Assembly (NCBI GenBank): GCA_036170655.1
Contig: JAVHPP010000033.1
Location: 17,010 to 55,029 of the forward strand
Direction of reading: 5' to 3'
Length of the DNA: 38,020 bases
Source: Candidatus Zixiibacteriota bacterium
GTDB taxonomy: Bacteria; Zixibacteria; MSB-5A5; WJJR01
In this document: piece by piece, positions 1-8,936 of the stretch
Layout: each line of letters starts with the position of its first letter
How positions within the stretch are numbered: position 1 is the first letter of the stretch
Translations under genes and position numbers: made by a program
Notes under the pieces: model-generated
What the model was told of the DNA's origin: nothing
Databases searched by the model: none
The model's input: only the letters and a program-made list of their open reading frames with translations

Positions 1-50
1 ATGTTGAATGATGAATGATGAATGATGGAAACTGACATTCAACATTCAAC
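1..50. repeat. Heptamer tandem repeats in inverted arrangement (truncated by window edge)
   Basis: ATGTTGA/ATGATGA/ATGATGA/ATGATGG at 1-28, then CATTCAA x2 at 36-49; 36-50 is the reverse complement of 3-17 with one mismatch. Confidence 0.75.
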
Positions 51-105
51 CTTACAGACAACCTATGGCGCGCAACCGTAGGCGTGGCGCAGGCCAAGAA
101 TTATC

Positions 106-1149
106 ATGAAGAACATCCTCATTACCCGCACTGACCGCATTGGCGATGTCGTTCTGTCGCTGCCGGTCGCGTACGCCATCAAGGCGGCGCATCCGGAATG
201 TCATGTCACGTTCCTCGTGGCGACAGCGGTCGCGCCGATTGTGCAGATGTGCCCTTGGGTTGATGACTGCCTGACTCTTGGACCGGAGTCCGACGCGGCG
301 GGCATCGTGCACAGACTGCGGCAGCGCCGGTTCGACGCGGCGGTCTGTCTGTATCCGCGTCCCCACATCGCTTCCTGGCTGAAGCAGGCTGGCATCCCGG
401 TGCGTGTTGGTACCAGTCGGCGCTGGTATTCGTACCGCTTCTCCCGCCGCGTCAGCCTGCACCGGGCCGGAAGCGGACGGCATGAGCGCGATCTCAACCT
501 GCAGCTGCTCAGGGGATTGGGGATCGACCGTCCAGCGGTATCTGATCCTCTGTGCGTTCCGCCGCAAAATGCCATCGATGCAGCATGTATTATTCTTAAG
601 GAGGCTGGGATTGAGGCCGACTCGTACGCGGTGGTTCATCCCGGCTCCGGCGGTTCGGCGCGAAACTGGAGGCCCGAACGGTACACTGAAGTCTGCCGCA
701 TGCTCACGGAGTCTGGCGTTGCCGTTCTGGTCACCGGTTCGCAGCCAGAGGTCATCTTGGCCGATAAAGTCAATGGTGCGATGAGGAATGGGATTGCATC
801 CATCGCCGGCCGAACCGACCTGCCAGTTCTGGCGGCCATTCTACAACGCGCGTCGGTGTTTTTCGGCCCATCGACCGGTCCGATGCATCTGGCTGCCGCT
901 GTAGGAACACCTGTCGTTGCCTTGTTCGGCCCTGTCCGTACCACCGAACCAGCGCGCTGGGGTCCGCTCGGTCAGGGTCATACAGTCTTTGTCCCCCCGG
1001 TGCTGTTGTGCCGGTGCCGAGTTGACAGTTGCCGTCAGGGCGATTGCATGGATATGATTGGCGTGAATCAAGTCGCGGACGCGGTCAGGGCAGCCGTCCG
1101 GATCCGCCGGGACAGCTTGATGGCTGAGGCTCCCCCGGCAGTTCAATAA
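106..1149 (+). CDS. Glycosyltransferase family 9 (ADP-heptose:LPS heptosyltransferase, WaaF/RfaF-like)
   Basis: N-terminal ILITRTDRIGDVVLSLP, HPGSGGSARNW and STGPMHLAAAVGTPVVALFGP motifs; C-terminal CxC..C...CM; 347 aa. Confidence 0.9.
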   Translation: MKNILITRTDRIGDVVLSLPVAYAIKAAHPECHVTFLVATAVAPIVQMCPWVDDCLTLGPESDAAGIVHRLRQRRFDAAVCLYPRPHIASWLKQAGIPVRVGTSRRWYSYRFSRRVSLHRAGSGRHERDLNLQLLRGLGIDRPAVSDPLCVPPQNAIDAACIILKEAGIEADSYAVVHPGSGGSARNWRPERYTEVCRMLTESGVAVLVTGSQPEVILADKVNGAMRNGIASIAGRTDLPVLAAILQRASVFFGPSTGPMHLAAAVGTPVVALFGPVRTTEPARWGPLGQGHTVFVPPVLLCRCRVDSCRQGDCMDMIGVNQVADAVRAAVRIRRDSLMAEAPPAVQ

Positions 1150-1155
1150 GTATCA

Positions 1156-3378
1156 ATGGCAAGCGATATGTCGGAAACCAACACACGAAGCAAAGCCACG
1201 ACACAGTTCCCCGAGATGAACCTCGCGGAGTTCGTCATCCGGGTCGAAGCGGAAAAGGCCAATGTTGACATCGAGCTGGTGCGGCGCGCCTATGAATTCT
1301 CTGAAGCGGCGCATCGCGGCCAGAAACGGGAGTCGGGCGAGCCCTATCTCAACCACTGCGTCGCCGTGGCGATGATCTTGGCCGAGCAACGCCTGGATTC
1401 CGCCACGATCGCGGGAGGGCTGATCCATGATGTGGTCGAAGACACCACCTATGGACTCGAAGCCGTCCGGGCCCGATTTGGCGATGAGATCGCCCTGCTG
1501 GTCGACGGTGTCACCAAGATTGGCGGGAAACAATTCGAGAGTGTCGCCGAGCAGCAGGCCGACTATTTCCGCAAGATGCTGATCTCGATGGCGCAGGACA
1601 TCCGCGTCATCATCATCAAACTCGCCGATCGTCTGCACAATATGCGCACGCTCGACTTCCTCAGCCCGGAAAGGCAACACCGCATCGCCGAGGAAACACG
1701 TGAGGTCTACGCGCCGCTGGCTCATCGCTTCGGCATGGCCCGCATCAAGTGGGAACTGGAAGATTTGTCCCTGAAATATCTCTACCCTGAAGCGTACGCG
1801 GATCTCGTTCGCAAAGTGGAACTGCGCCGGGACGAACGGGAGACATATATTGAGGAGGTCAAGGCGCCGCTCGCCGATGCCCTAAAACAGGAGGGCATCG
1901 CCGCCTCCATCACCGGACGCGCCAAACATTTCGATTCCATCTATCGCAAGATGGTTTCACGCGGCAAGGGCCTCGAGCAGATCTACGACCTGATCGCCAT
2001 CCGTGTCGTGACAGAAACGGAACGCGATTGCTACCACGCCCTGGGTGTGATCCACACTCTCTGGACGCCAGTTGCCGATCGTTTCCACGATTACATCGCG
2101 ACCCCCAAGACCAACATGTACCAATCGCTCCACACAACCGTGATCGGCCCCCGTGGGCGCATGGTCGAAATCCAGATCCGGACCCGTGACATGCACTACG
2201 CCGCCGAGTATGGCATCGCCGCTCACTGGCTCTACAAAGAGGGCAAACGTGAACCGGACTATACGGACCGCCAGATGAGCTGGCTGCGTGAAGTCCTCGA
2301 ATGGCAGAAGGAGACGCGTGACCCCAAGGAATTCCTCGACTTCTTTAAGACAGACCTATTCCTGGATGAGATCTACGTTTCCACGCCCAAAGGAGAGCTG
2401 AAGCCCTTGCCCAAGGGCGCCACGCCGATTGACTTCGCCTATGCGGTCCACACGCAAATCGGCCATCGTTGCGTGGGAGCAAAGGTCAATGGACGCATCG
2501 TTCCGCTGTCCCACGGACTCTCTTCCGGGGACACGGTTGAGATCATTGCAGGCGCTCATCCCAGCCCGTCGCAGGACTGGCTGTCGATTGCGCGGACAAC
2601 GCGTGCGCGCTCCAAGATCCGTCAATTCCTCCGCAAAATCGGGCACGAACAGTCGTTGGAATTGGGCCGCGACATATTCGCCCGTGAACTGAAGCGATTG
2701 CGCCTCCCACCGCTGAGCGATGCCGAGATGACCGATTTGGCGATGGCGATATCGTTTCCCGATGCCGACTCGATGATCTCCGCGCTCGGGTCCGGGCTGC
2801 TCTCAATTGTCACACTGCGGCACCGTCTCGCGCCAGAAACGGTGGAGCAGAAGCATCCCTCCATCGTCCAGCGCTTTGTCGAGCGAGCGCGTCGGCCTCA
2901 TGGCATCAGGATCCAGAACATGGATAACATGATGTTCCACTTTGCCCACTGCTGCCAGCCGGTTCCCGGAGAACGGATCATCGGGTATATCACCCGCGGA
3001 CGGGGCGTGACGGTCCACAGCGCCAATTGTGTCAACATCGTTTCCTTGATCGATCAGCCGGAACGGCGACTGGCAGTAGAGTGGGATGTCACCCCCGACC
3101 AGACGTTCCTGGTGCGTCTCATGCTCGGACTCGAAAACCGGAAGAATCTCTTGCGGGACATCACACAAGCCATCTCCGAGACCGAAACTAACATCTGTTC
3201 AGCCACCATCAATGGCGATCAGTCCACGGGCACCGGGCAATTCGTCATACAGGTGAAAAATCTTCGTCATCTCAATGAAGTGGTGAAGAAGATCCGTGGT
3301 GTTTCAGGAGTCACATCTGTCGAGAGGTCGTCGGATCATCAGGGGCTGGATGATATCTCCGATTCCGCGGCTGGGTAA
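1156..3378 (+). CDS. relA: Bifunctional (p)ppGpp synthetase/hydrolase, long RelA/SpoT homolog (HD, SYNTH, TGS, ZFD, ACT)
   Basis: Hydrolase motifs SGEPYLNH, IHDVVED, IKLADRLHNMRT; synthetase GRAKH, DLIAIR, YQSLH, EIQIRT; TGS TPIDFAYAVHT; CCQPVPG..HSANC; ACT tail. Start could be 1168 or 1216. Confidence 0.95.
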   Translation: MASDMSETNTRSKATTQFPEMNLAEFVIRVEAEKANVDIELVRRAYEFSEAAHRGQKRESGEPYLNHCVAVAMILAEQRLDSATIAGGLIHDVVEDTTYGLEAVRARFGDEIALLVDGVTKIGGKQFESVAEQQADYFRKMLISMAQDIRVIIIKLADRLHNMRTLDFLSPERQHRIAEETREVYAPLAHRFGMARIKWELEDLSLKYLYPEAYADLVRKVELRRDERETYIEEVKAPLADALKQEGIAASITGRAKHFDSIYRKMVSRGKGLEQIYDLIAIRVVTETERDCYHALGVIHTLWTPVADRFHDYIATPKTNMYQSLHTTVIGPRGRMVEIQIRTRDMHYAAEYGIAAHWLYKEGKREPDYTDRQMSWLREVLEWQKETRDPKEFLDFFKTDLFLDEIYVSTPKGELKPLPKGATPIDFAYAVHTQIGHRCVGAKVNGRIVPLSHGLSSGDTVEIIAGAHPSPSQDWLSIARTTRARSKIRQFLRKIGHEQSLELGRDIFARELKRLRLPPLSDAEMTDLAMAISFPDADSMISALGSGLLSIVTLRHRLAPETVEQKHPSIVQRFVERARRPHGIRIQNMDNMMFHFAHCCQPVPGERIIGYITRGRGVTVHSANCVNIVSLIDQPERRLAVEWDVTPDQTFLVRLMLGLENRKNLLRDITQAISETETNICSATINGDQSTGTGQFVIQVKNLRHLNEVVKKIRGVSGVTSVERSSDHQGLDDISDSAAG

Positions 3379-3580
3379 GCCGGAGGCTTATATACGCCAA
3401 TGCCTTTTAACGTGTGTCCGGAACAACCGACAGACACGATATTTGCCCCGTGAACTCGTTGGCGGGTGGAGACAAAGCTGAAACCGTGAAGGCGGGGAAC
3501 TGTCGATGAGAAATCCGGTTGACGAAGTGTGTATCAGAGGCCAACGTCCCCTTCCCGCTGGGGCCGTCCCTTTCTTCGTC

Positions 3581-6373
3581 ATGCGCACGCTCCGGTACAT
3601 TCTCCCGGCTTTGGCCGCTCTGTCTGTATCCATCTCGAATGTGGCGCAGGCGCAGTACTATTTCGGCAAGAACAAGGTCCAGTACACGGACTTCGACTGG
3701 ATGATTCTGTCGACCAAGCGCTTCGACATCTACTTTGATGAATCGGAACGGGCCTTGGCCGATGTGGCGGCCGAAGCGGCGGAAAGCGCTTACGATGTCC
3801 TGGCCGACCGTTTCAGCCATGACGTGGAGCATCGTATCCCGCTGATCATCTATTCCTCGCCGAGCTTTTTTTCGCAGACCAACGTCGTTCCCGACCTCCT
3901 GCCCGAGAATGTGGGTGGGTTCACCGAGTTTCTGAAGGGGCGTGTCGTACTTCCGTTCGATGGCTCCTATGCGGACTTCCGTCATGTTCTCCAGCATGAA
4001 CTCGTCCACGTCTTCACCCTGTCCAAACTGGCGAGTGTTGCCAAGATCCATCGGGATATGCAGCCGGGGACTCCGCCACTCTGGTTCACTGAGGGTCTGG
4101 CCGAGTACTACTCCCGCCCTTGGGAGGCGGATGCCGACATGGTTGTCGGTGATCTCGTCCTCTCTGGCCGTCTGACCAATTTCGACGATCTGGAGCGTTA
4201 CACCGGGTCGTACCTGATGTACAAGGCGGGCGAATCGTTTTTTTACTTTCTCTCTGAGCGGTATGGCAGCGACTACGTCCTGCGCCTGCTCGAGAACTGG
4301 TGGCGCGGATCGGATTTCGAAGACGTGGCCCGCTTCGTCTTCGGTAAACCGCTGGGCGACGTGGGAACCGAGTGGGGCTACTGGCTGAAGAAGAAATATT
4401 TCCCGACGATTCAACGACTGGAATTGCCGGATCGCGCTGCCACGCGCCTGACGACGTCCGGCTACAATGTCAAGCCGGTACCACTCCGTCTGACCGTTGG
4501 CGGCCGCACCGAAGACCGGATCGTCTTCAAGGGCAATCGGCTTGGCTACGCGGGCCTGTACATGACGGATACCGGCGGGCAGCATCTGGAAACCCTGCTC
4601 AAGGGTGAACGGTCACCGCAGTTTGAGTCGCTCCATCTTCTCGGCTCCGCCTTGGACGTGGCGCCCGACGGCAGAGTACTCTTTTCCTCAAAGCATCATG
4701 AGCGCGACGTGCTTTACGTTCTTGATGCAGCCCGGCGGCGCGTCATCGCCGAGTACGGAATGGATTCCCTGTATGGTCTCTCATCTCCCGGTTTCGCGCC
4801 CGATGGCAATCGCGTCGTCTTTTCCGGTTGGGGAAAGGATGGGATCCGTGACCTGTTCATTTTCGACCTCTCGACCAGGTTGCTTTCCCGTCTCACCCGC
4901 GATTGGTACAACGATACCGACCCGGTATTCACGCCCGACGGGAAGGGAATTGTCTTTTCCTCCGACCGCGGTCTTTCGGGTGAGCACGGAGCCCGAAATC
5001 TCTTCCTCTACCGTCTCGACAGCGGCCAGATCGAGGCGATGACCAGCGGCGAGCACCACGATCGCAGCCCCTCGTTTTCCCCCGACGGCAGAGCGATCGC
5101 GTTCACGTCGGACCGCGACGGACTGTTCAATATCTATCGTCGCGACTCCACCGGGCAGATCGAACAACTGACGCATCTGGCCACTGGCGCCTTCGATCCT
5201 CGCTACTTGCCCGATGGCAAGACGATCGTCTTCACCGGCTATCAGGATGCGGGATTCCAAATCTTCAAGATGTCGCTTCCGGATACACCCGCTGTTGTCA
5301 TGCCCCGCGCGGATTCGACCTCAGACCGGCCGGTAGCGTGGACGCCCTCGCAGGGAACCGGGGCGCTCTCGCGGGGCGCGGTCAAATACAAGAGCCGCTT
5401 CTCCTTTGATATTGCCCAGTCGGCTGTGTCTTACGATGCCTTCTATGGCACCGTTGGAGGATTGCAAACAGCCCTGACCGATGTCTTGGGAAATCGCCAA
5501 TACTTCTTCCTCGTGGCCAACAACGCGCAAACCAAGGATGAATTCTTCTCGAGCTTCAGTGTCGCGGCGACTTACATCAACCGGCAACATCGTCTCAACT
5601 ACGGTTACGGCGCCTTCCATCTTTTCAACCGTTACACCGACCCGTATGAAGGTGACATCAGTGAACGGCTTTACGGAGCCGTTGGCTATGCGGGTTACCC
5701 CCTGTCGAAGTTCCGGCGAATCGAGGCGTCCTTGTTCATTCGTCAGTCAGAGCGGCAGTCGTTCTTCTCCGGCGGGCTCAGGAAAGCAGTGCTGGCCACA
5801 CAGTTTCTGACCATCGCCCACGACAATTCCCTGTGGGATATCTCCGGCCCGATCGACGGTGAGCGATTCATGCTGTCCTTGGGGTTTACCGGTGATGTGT
5901 CGAATTTCCGCGCCTTCAACCGTCTCGTCATCGTGGATGCCCGCAAGTATTTCCGACTGGGCCGGTACTCCGCCATCGCCATGCGTCTGATGGGACACTT
6001 CTCGGGCGGACACGAGCCCCAGCGGCGTTATTTGGGAGGCAGTTGGGATCTGCGTGGCTACCCGCGCCGCGGGGAGTACGCGCGCAACGTAATTCTATCT
6101 TCCAATGAGCTGCGATTTCCGCTGATTGACGCACTACTCGTGGGGTTGCCGGTTGCCAGCATCGGGTTCCAAGCCATTCGGGGCGCCGTCTTTTTCGATG
6201 CCGGGAATGCTTGGGAAAACGATTTCGGACGACTCCGAGGCTCGATGGGTGTTGGCGCGCGCGTCGCCCTCGGGTATCTTGTTGTCTTGCGCTTCGATTT
6301 CGCGCGGCGCACCGATTTTCGAACGATTGATCCCAGGACACGATTTGAATTCTTCTTTGGCTGGAACTTCTGA
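3581..6373 (+). CDS. Outer-membrane fusion protein: peptidase MA-like gluzincin + PD40/TolB beta-propeller + Omp85 (BamA/TamA-type) barrel
   Basis: Signal peptide from ATG 3581 (MRTLRYILPALAALSVSISNVAQA); HELVH...PLWFTEGLAEY; repeated P.FSPDG..I.F.SDRDG; DLRGY and FFDAG barrel motifs; terminal FEFFFGWNF beta-signal. Confidence 0.85.
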   Translation: MRTLRYILPALAALSVSISNVAQAQYYFGKNKVQYTDFDWMILSTKRFDIYFDESERALADVAAEAAESAYDVLADRFSHDVEHRIPLIIYSSPSFFSQTNVVPDLLPENVGGFTEFLKGRVVLPFDGSYADFRHVLQHELVHVFTLSKLASVAKIHRDMQPGTPPLWFTEGLAEYYSRPWEADADMVVGDLVLSGRLTNFDDLERYTGSYLMYKAGESFFYFLSERYGSDYVLRLLENWWRGSDFEDVARFVFGKPLGDVGTEWGYWLKKKYFPTIQRLELPDRAATRLTTSGYNVKPVPLRLTVGGRTEDRIVFKGNRLGYAGLYMTDTGGQHLETLLKGERSPQFESLHLLGSALDVAPDGRVLFSSKHHERDVLYVLDAARRRVIAEYGMDSLYGLSSPGFAPDGNRVVFSGWGKDGIRDLFIFDLSTRLLSRLTRDWYNDTDPVFTPDGKGIVFSSDRGLSGEHGARNLFLYRLDSGQIEAMTSGEHHDRSPSFSPDGRAIAFTSDRDGLFNIYRRDSTGQIEQLTHLATGAFDPRYLPDGKTIVFTGYQDAGFQIFKMSLPDTPAVVMPRADSTSDRPVAWTPSQGTGALSRGAVKYKSRFSFDIAQSAVSYDAFYGTVGGLQTALTDVLGNRQYFFLVANNAQTKDEFFSSFSVAATYINRQHRLNYGYGAFHLFNRYTDPYEGDISERLYGAVGYAGYPLSKFRRIEASLFIRQSERQSFFSGGLRKAVLATQFLTIAHDNSLWDISGPIDGERFMLSLGFTGDVSNFRAFNRLVIVDARKYFRLGRYSAIAMRLMGHFSGGHEPQRRYLGGSWDLRGYPRRGEYARNVILSSNELRFPLIDALLVGLPVASIGFQAIRGAVFFDAGNAWENDFGRLRGSMGVGARVALGYLVVLRFDFARRTDFRTIDPRTRFEFFFGWNF

Positions 6374-7559
6374 TTTCGCTTCCTCGCGGGCGCATTCCGC
6401 TTCGGTCCTCCGGCTTCTCGTCCGGGCACTGCTGGCCTTGGCGCTCATGATCGTTGCCGGGTGCGCGTCACGCCATGTCGCGTTGGTCCCAGGCCCACTT
6501 GGGGCGGGGGACTGGCCAATCCCTCGCGGGGACATCCAAAACCACGGCGTGTCCCGTCAGCCGCTGGTTTCCGATCAGGTCACGCGGCTTCTCTGGCGGC
6601 AGAAGCTCAGCGGCGTTGCCTCCACAGAACCAGTCGTCCGCGGTCAGCGCCTCTATCTGGCTACTCAGACTCGACGCCTGGAAGTGCGCGATCCGGCAAC
6701 TGGCCAGTGCCTCTCTCGCCTCCGTTTCAAAGGAGTTGTGGCTGGAATCATACCGACAGACTCGGGGCTAATCTTCACGATCGACCAAGACCAGAATCGG
6801 CTTGTGTGGCTGGTTGGCGATCCTCCATCTCAGGCGATTTCCGTCTCTATCCCGGTTGCTTCAACCGCGCCGCGATCCTTGCCTGATGGCTCCGTCATTA
6901 TCGGATCGTTCAACGGACAACTGTCGCGCTATGACTCGCTTGGGACAAGACTCTGGACCGTAGATTGCAAGGGACCAATCGACGCCACGCCATCGATCTC
7001 AGACTCGCTGCTCTATGTCTCGGCGGGACGGTTGGTCAGCGCGCGACGGATCAGCGACGGGCAACAGGTCTGGTCCCACCGTGCCTCAGGCGCCGTGATG
7101 GCCGCGCCGGCAATCGATGATCGCGCTTACTTCGGGTCCACGGACTCCCTCGTTTATGCGGTAAATCTTCAGACAGGTTCTTTGGCGTGGTTCTTCGCGG
7201 CGGGGGGGCAGATCGTCGCTTCCCCCACTGTCGGCTCAACGCGTGTCTTTGTGCCGGCGAACGACCAGCGCATCTACGCACTGGCCAAACAGACAGGGGA
7301 CACGGTGTGGACCCACCATACCAGCGCCCCGCTGAGTCGAGAGATGACGCTTGCCAGCGACCTCCTTCTGGTCGGCACACTCGACAGGAAGTTGCTTCTG
7401 ATCAACGCTATCGATGGCACTCTCGTCCGTGAGTTCGCCCTCGAAGGCGCCTGCGTGGCCCCCCCCGTGGTGGCTAACAATCGAGTCTATGTCTGTGACT
7501 CAAAACGATGGCTTTATTGCTTTGGCGCTGCACCAGAGCAAGATGTACCAGTGAAGTAA
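6345..7559 (+). CDS. PQQ-like beta-propeller lipoprotein (BamB-like)
   Basis: Lipobox LALMIVAG-C; repeated YFGSTDSLVYAVNLQTGSLAW-type blades. Start uncertain: in-frame TTG at 6345 (AGGA upstream) or 6357, overlapping the upstream gene end; ORF-track start 6126 is unlikely. Confidence 0.8.
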   Translation: MNSSLAGTSDFASSRAHSASVLRLLVRALLALALMIVAGCASRHVALVPGPLGAGDWPIPRGDIQNHGVSRQPLVSDQVTRLLWRQKLSGVASTEPVVRGQRLYLATQTRRLEVRDPATGQCLSRLRFKGVVAGIIPTDSGLIFTIDQDQNRLVWLVGDPPSQAISVSIPVASTAPRSLPDGSVIIGSFNGQLSRYDSLGTRLWTVDCKGPIDATPSISDSLLYVSAGRLVSARRISDGQQVWSHRASGAVMAAPAIDDRAYFGSTDSLVYAVNLQTGSLAWFFAAGGQIVASPTVGSTRVFVPANDQRIYALAKQTGDTVWTHHTSAPLSREMTLASDLLLVGTLDRKLLLINAIDGTLVREFALEGACVAPPVVANNRVYVCDSKRWLYCFGAAPEQDVPVK

Positions 7560-7583
7560 TCTCAGACAGGAAGGCAGATTTGA

Positions 7584-7651
7584 CATGCCGTTTTGGCATG
7601 AATTGGCACGTCGCGTATGCCGTATTGGCGTTATATGCTGCCGTTTAGGCA
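7584..7651. promoter_or_regulatory. Three TGCC-N5-GGC(A/G) palindromes, candidate sigma54-activator binding sites
   Basis: CATGCCGTTTTGGCATG 7584-7600, TGCCGTATTGGCG 7618-7630, TGCCGTTTAGGCA 7639-7651; TGCC starts are 32 and 21 bp apart. Confidence 0.65.
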
Positions 7652-7699
7652 ATGCATTGTTGTGTTGCCGCCGACGTATTTTCGTATCTCATTGTACCA

Positions 7700-7712
7700 T
7701 AAGCTATTAATT
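7700..7712. promoter_or_regulatory. IHF-like binding site
   Basis: TAAGCTATTAATT matches YAANNNNTTGATW with one mismatch, in an AT-rich patch between the palindromes and the -24/-12 box. Confidence 0.45.
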
Positions 7713-7725
7713 GCAATTGTATATT

Positions 7726-7742
7726 TCGGCATAAAATGTGCT
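7726..7742 (+). promoter_or_regulatory. Sigma54 (-24/-12) promoter for hsp20
   Basis: TCGGCATAAAATGTGCT: GG 7728-7729 and GC 7740-7741 separated by exactly 10 nt. Confidence 0.6.
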
Positions 7743-7815
7743 TCTACATGTCTCTGGTTGTCTAAGTGATAACGAAGTCAACAAGTTCAACAGAACAAAA
7801 GAGGAGGAACGAACC

Positions 7816-8262
7816 ATGACACAGATCAAGTGTGAACCGAACCAGGGCATCGTGCCGTTTTCATCGGCGATCAACAGGGTCTTCGATGAATTCCTACCAG
7901 GCATGTTTACCAACTACGGGATGGCGGCTTTCAACATGCGACCAGCAGTGGACGTTGTCGAAGAGGATGACCGTGTGGTCGTGAGGGCTGACATGCCCGG
8001 ACTGGAAAAGGGTGACATCAAAGTGGTGGTCAACGATGGTCTCTTGACCATCGAGGGGCGACGTCAGGAAGCGCACGATGAGAAGCGCAAGGGATTCACC
8101 CGGGCTGAGCGCTTCGCTGGGACATTTTCCCGATCCTTTAATCTGCCGTCTTGGGCAGACTCATCCAAGATCAACGCCAACTACAAGGACGGCGTCTTGG
8201 ATGTCGTCATCCCGAAAACCGAGATGGCCCGTCCTAAAGAGGTTGAAATCAACATTGGCTGA
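7816..8262 (+). CDS. Small heat shock protein, Hsp20/alpha-crystallin family
   Basis: PAVDVVEEDD..VVRADMPG, LTIEG, ERFAGTFSRSFNLP, ANYKDGVLDVVIPK; strong GAGGAGG RBS before ATG 7816. Confidence 0.95.
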   Translation: MTQIKCEPNQGIVPFSSAINRVFDEFLPGMFTNYGMAAFNMRPAVDVVEEDDRVVVRADMPGLEKGDIKVVVNDGLLTIEGRRQEAHDEKRKGFTRAERFAGTFSRSFNLPSWADSSKINANYKDGVLDVVIPKTEMARPKEVEINIG

Positions 8263-8309
8263 GTTTGTCAGACGCGGCCGAGTCGGAGATTCCCGTACAG
8301 CGGCGTGGG

Positions 8310-8338
8310 CGGCCCCGTGGAAGTTCGCGGGGCCGTTT
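8310..8338 (+). terminator. Probable intrinsic terminator after hsp20
   Basis: CGGCCCCG (8310-8317) pairs with CGGGGCCG (8328-8335), followed by a short TTT. Confidence 0.5.
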
Positions 8339-8382
8339 CAACATCCGTGGCGCACGTTCACGACAAAGGCGTGTGAATTGCT

Positions 8383-8412
8383 TTGAATGTTGGCTCGGCG
8401 ATGACGTATAAT
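8383..8412 (+). promoter_or_regulatory. Sigma70-like promoter for the FmdB-family gene
   Basis: TTGAAT-N18-TATAAT; an adjacent GG-N10-GC (AGGCGTGTGAATTGCT, 8367-8382) could be an alternative sigma54 site. Confidence 0.5.
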
Positions 8413-8463
8413 GCCCAATTGGGTGTTGGTGACCCGCTGGCCCCGTGCGAGGAAACGATTGTC

Positions 8464-8760
8464 ATGCCTACCTACGAGTACAAGTGCCACACTTGCGGCA
8501 AGAATTTCGAAGCCACTCAGCCGATCACCGCCGATCCGCTGAAGGTCTGCACCCTGTGCGGCGGAACCAGCGTCGAACGGCTCATCTCGTCCGGTGGGGG
8601 TCTGATTTTCAAAGGGTCAGGGTTCTACGTCACAGATTATCGCAGTTCGAGCTACAAGAAGGATGCCAGCAAAGACAAACCGCAGATCACCAAAGCCTCC
8701 TCCCCGGACAAGAAGACTTCGCCGTCCGCCACCAAAACTCCGGCATCGTCAAACGATTGA
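8464..8760 (+). CDS. FmdB-family zinc-ribbon protein (CxxC_CxxC_SSSS)
   Basis: MPTYEYKCHTCG...CTLCGG...RLISSGGGLIFKGSGFYVTDY plus a Ser/Lys-rich tail; canonical MP.Y.Y start at 8464. Confidence 0.9.
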   Translation: MPTYEYKCHTCGKNFEATQPITADPLKVCTLCGGTSVERLISSGGGLIFKGSGFYVTDYRSSSYKKDASKDKPQITKASSPDKKTSPSATKTPASSND

Positions 8761-8936
8761 GTATTCCCCGTTCTTCGCCAGACCCGTTTACGGTGTCTTA
8801 ACCGTAGAAGATCCCTTGTTGCGGGCGGGTGTCTGCCCCCGGGTCGTGGCATGACGCTTCAGAAATGTGTCTGGCGAACATCGTCGGCAGCCGATTCCGA
8901 TCTGATCCCGGTGACTGACAGAAAGTGGTGAAACCC

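Noticed and set aside
3470..3520. c-di-GMP-I riboswitch-like words
   Set aside because: Conserved GGCAAAC, GNRA tetraloop/receptor and GCAAAG arrangement not found in order.
3407..4585. 392-aa antisense ORF
   Set aside because: Shadow of the Omp85-fusion gene caused by GC-rich codon bias; no recognisable motifs.
7602..7620. TTGGCACG as a sigma54 -24 box
   Set aside because: The next suitable GC is 12 nt from GG rather than 10; the 7726-7742 site has correct spacing.
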